A stretch of 36,023 nucleotides of DNA, taken from NCBI GenBank assembly GCA_021734725.1, contig JAIPIM010000001.1, positions 1 to 36,023 on the forward strand, in the 5' to 3' direction. Origin of the DNA: Minisyncoccota bacterium. GTDB taxonomy: Bacteria > Verrucomicrobiota > Lentisphaeria > Oligosphaerales > MVZH01. Numbering within the stretch: position 1 is the stretch's first letter; every line of letters starts with the position of its first letter. The translations under genes and the position numbers were made by a program. The notes under the pieces are model-generated. The model searched no databases. It worked only from the letters and a program-made list of their open reading frames with translations, and had not been told where the DNA came from. This document shows, in pieces, positions 34,683 to 36,023 of the stretch.

Positions 34683-34876
34683 GGAAGGTACTATAATTGT
34701 GAAAAGAGTTGCTGTCCCATGTACGGAACCATCCGTTGGTACACGCATCAAACTAACATGTCGACGGAGTATGCGTAGACGCTTCATAAAACGATGCTGA
34801 TAAACTCCTTTGGTATGGTGACGATACATATGATTGTCGATGCATTAAGAATGCGCAATCTGTCCTTGTGGCGCGC

Positions 34877-34905
34877 TTGACCCTGGGGCGTCTGTGGGGT
34901 ACACT
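34877..34905 (+). promoter_or_regulatory. candidate sigma70-type promoter TTGACC-N17-TACACT
   Basis: The hexamers lie at 34877-34882 and 34900-34905, about 50 nt upstream of ATG 34955. Confidence 0.3.
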
Positions 34906-34954
34906 GCGTGGTTGTTCATGGTGACGGGGTTTTGTCCGCTGGCGGATATTCTGT

Positions 34955-36023
34955 ATGAATTTTCTCAATGTCAATACCGCATCTGCAACTTTGTTTGCCG
35001 TGGTTGCTTTGGTGGTTTGGATAACCATTGGTTACGGCAGACGTCGGAGGGCGCGTGTTCTTGACAGGATGTGCGGTCCAACAATGGCGGAACGTCTTAC
35101 GTCAACGGTACACGCCGGTAAGCGACGGTGGCGTCTTGGCATCTTCCTGATGGCCGTGGGATTGCTGTTTGTCGCTGCCGCTCGACCGTGGTGGGGAAAA
35201 CGTCTGGTACCCGCTCCGCAACGATCACGGGACATCATTATAGCGCTTGACTGTTCGCGAAGTATGCTGGCAACGGATGTGGCTCCGTCACGCTTGGTCC
35301 ATGCAAAATGGGTTATTCGTCGACTTATAGAACGATTCCCGGGCGACAGATTTGGGCTTGTCGCATTTTCCGGAGATGCATTTCTGGAGTGTCCGTTGAC
35401 TCAGGATCGAAGTACTTTGTTTCAGTTTCTGGACGATATCGATAGCGACACGATCGGTCTCGGTGGAACCAACTTGGAACGTGCCCTTACTGTTGCACAG
35501 GAAGCCTTTGGCGGCGCTGAGGGAGGGAATCAGGCTGTCATTCTGGTTACTGACGGTGATGAACTCCAGGGGAATGCGGAACGCAGTATCAAAACCTACA
35601 GGGAGCAGGAAACCGCCATTCATTTTATTGGTATTGGGGATCCCGCCCAGGGGGCTGTGGTCAAAACAGAAAATAACGAGTTCCTGCGTGACAAGAAAGG
35701 AGACCTGGTGACCAGTCGCTTGGATGAGCTCCGCCTGCGGACTCTTGCCAGCCGTGCGGACGGAGCGTACGTGCGCTCAACGGCGGTGCATCCGCGTCTC
35801 GAGCCCATTACGGAAACCCTCGACAAACTGGTCCCTGAGCGCAAAGATGCGATGGCCAATATGCGACCAGTGGAACGATTTCAGCTCCCTTTGGCGTTGG
35901 CGGTAATATGCCTCATCCTTCGTTTCTTTATCGGGCAGCGAAAGACGGTATCCAGTGGTGCCTTGATTGCGTTGGTGGCGGCCGTGTGTGTCTTTGGTGG
36001 AGGCGCGACGGCGGGCGACTCGG
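34955..36023 (+). CDS. BatA/BatB-like von Willebrand factor A (VWA) domain membrane protein, 3'-truncated at window edge
   Basis: This gene is absent from the ORF track because it has no stop codon inside the window. I translated the frame by hand from ATG 34955 and it stays open to nt 36023. The translation is MNFLNVNTASATLFAVVALVVWITIGYGRRRRAR..., followed by a second transmembrane helix. The MIDAS motif DCSRSM (DxSxS), LVAFSG, GGTNL and ILVTDGDE follow. A C-terminal hydrophobic segment is also present. Confidence 0.8.
   Translation, partial: MNFLNVNTASATLFAVVALVVWITIGYGRRRRARVLDRMCGPTMAERLTSTVHAGKRRWRLGIFLMAVGLLFVAAARPWWGKRLVPAPQRSRDIIIALDCSRSMLATDVAPSRLVHAKWVIRRLIERFPGDRFGLVAFSGDAFLECPLTQDRSTLFQFLDDIDSDTIGLGGTNLERALTVAQEAFGGAEGGNQAVILVTDGDELQGNAERSIKTYREQETAIHFIGIGDPAQGAVVKTENNEFLRDKKGDLVTSRLDELRLRTLASRADGAYVRSTAVHPRLEPITETLDKLVPERKDAMANMRPVERFQLPLALAVICLILRFFIGQRKTVSSGALIALVAAVCVFGGGATAGDS

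Noticed and set aside
32445-34829. The PolB gene as the core of a casposon, pipolin or other self-synthesising mobile element
   Set aside because: No integrase, Cas1, recombinase, terminal inverted repeats, direct repeats or tRNA gene flank it in this window. The neighbours are ordinary metabolic and membrane genes.
34683-34829. 49-codon N-terminal extension of the polymerase ORF
   Set aside because: The extension is basic and atypical in composition (MYRHHTKGVYQHRFMKRLRILRRH...). It has no Shine-Dalgarno sequence. A polymerase N-terminal domain of normal length begins at MTQTLATLEKL. The start at 34682 still needs confirmation.
34918-35067. Small ~49-codon ORF rich in Cys that overlaps the BatA-like start in another frame
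   Set aside because: It is fully overlapped by the much longer VWA-domain frame, which has clear motifs. It has no independent support.
1-36023. Search for tRNA, rRNA, IS elements, integrases, toxin-antitoxin pairs or known defence genes
   Set aside because: I recognised nothing of these kinds by eye on either strand. All long ORFs are accounted for by enzymes, a regulator and membrane proteins. This is a manual scan only; tRNAscan-SE, Infernal or defence-system finders should be run to confirm it.

Overview
This is a 36 kb, moderately GC-rich bacterial window. About 30 kb of it (nt 1-29.7k) is a sulfated-glycan degradation locus. The combination of an H-X9-DG prepilin-like protein, a PEP-CTERM protein, a GntR/LacI hybrid regulator and many sulfatases and glycoside hydrolases, with no SusC/D genes, suggests a PVC-superphylum organism (Kiritimatiellota, Verrucomicrobiota or Lentisphaerota). 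That taxonomic call is inference only.

Gene order:
- a 5'-truncated hypothetical protein
- a 1,545-aa GH2 fusion with an SGNH-like tail
- two convergent Cys-type sulfatases
- a GH2 resembling beta-glucuronidase
- two tandem paralogous genes of about 1,315 aa, encoding exported proteins with a GH42-like core
- a GH95-like hydrolase
- the regulator
- a prepilin-like protein
- a PEP-CTERM protein
- a 1,094-aa protein resembling heparinase II/III

The last 6 kb holds a TAT-exported DUF362 protein with a NapH-like polyferredoxin, a family-B DNA polymerase, and a 3'-truncated BatA-like VWA protein that is missing from the ORF track.

I saw no rRNA, tRNA, CRISPR array, IS element or integrase.

The least explained signals are non-coding. 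Short-period tandem repeats, mostly 7 bp, occur in at least five intergenic spacers. The most striking is a 77-bp dyad of phased GTTC/GAAC heptads that abuts the GH95-like start codon. It shares an identical 13-mer with the leader of the GH2 gene. There is also a 3 x 34 bp tandem repeat and a nested four-arm inverted repeat followed by a T-run.

On the protein side, the tandem giant paralogs and the DUF362/polyferredoxin pair are the best candidates for undescribed functions.

All functional calls come from recognising motifs by eye. No searches were run.
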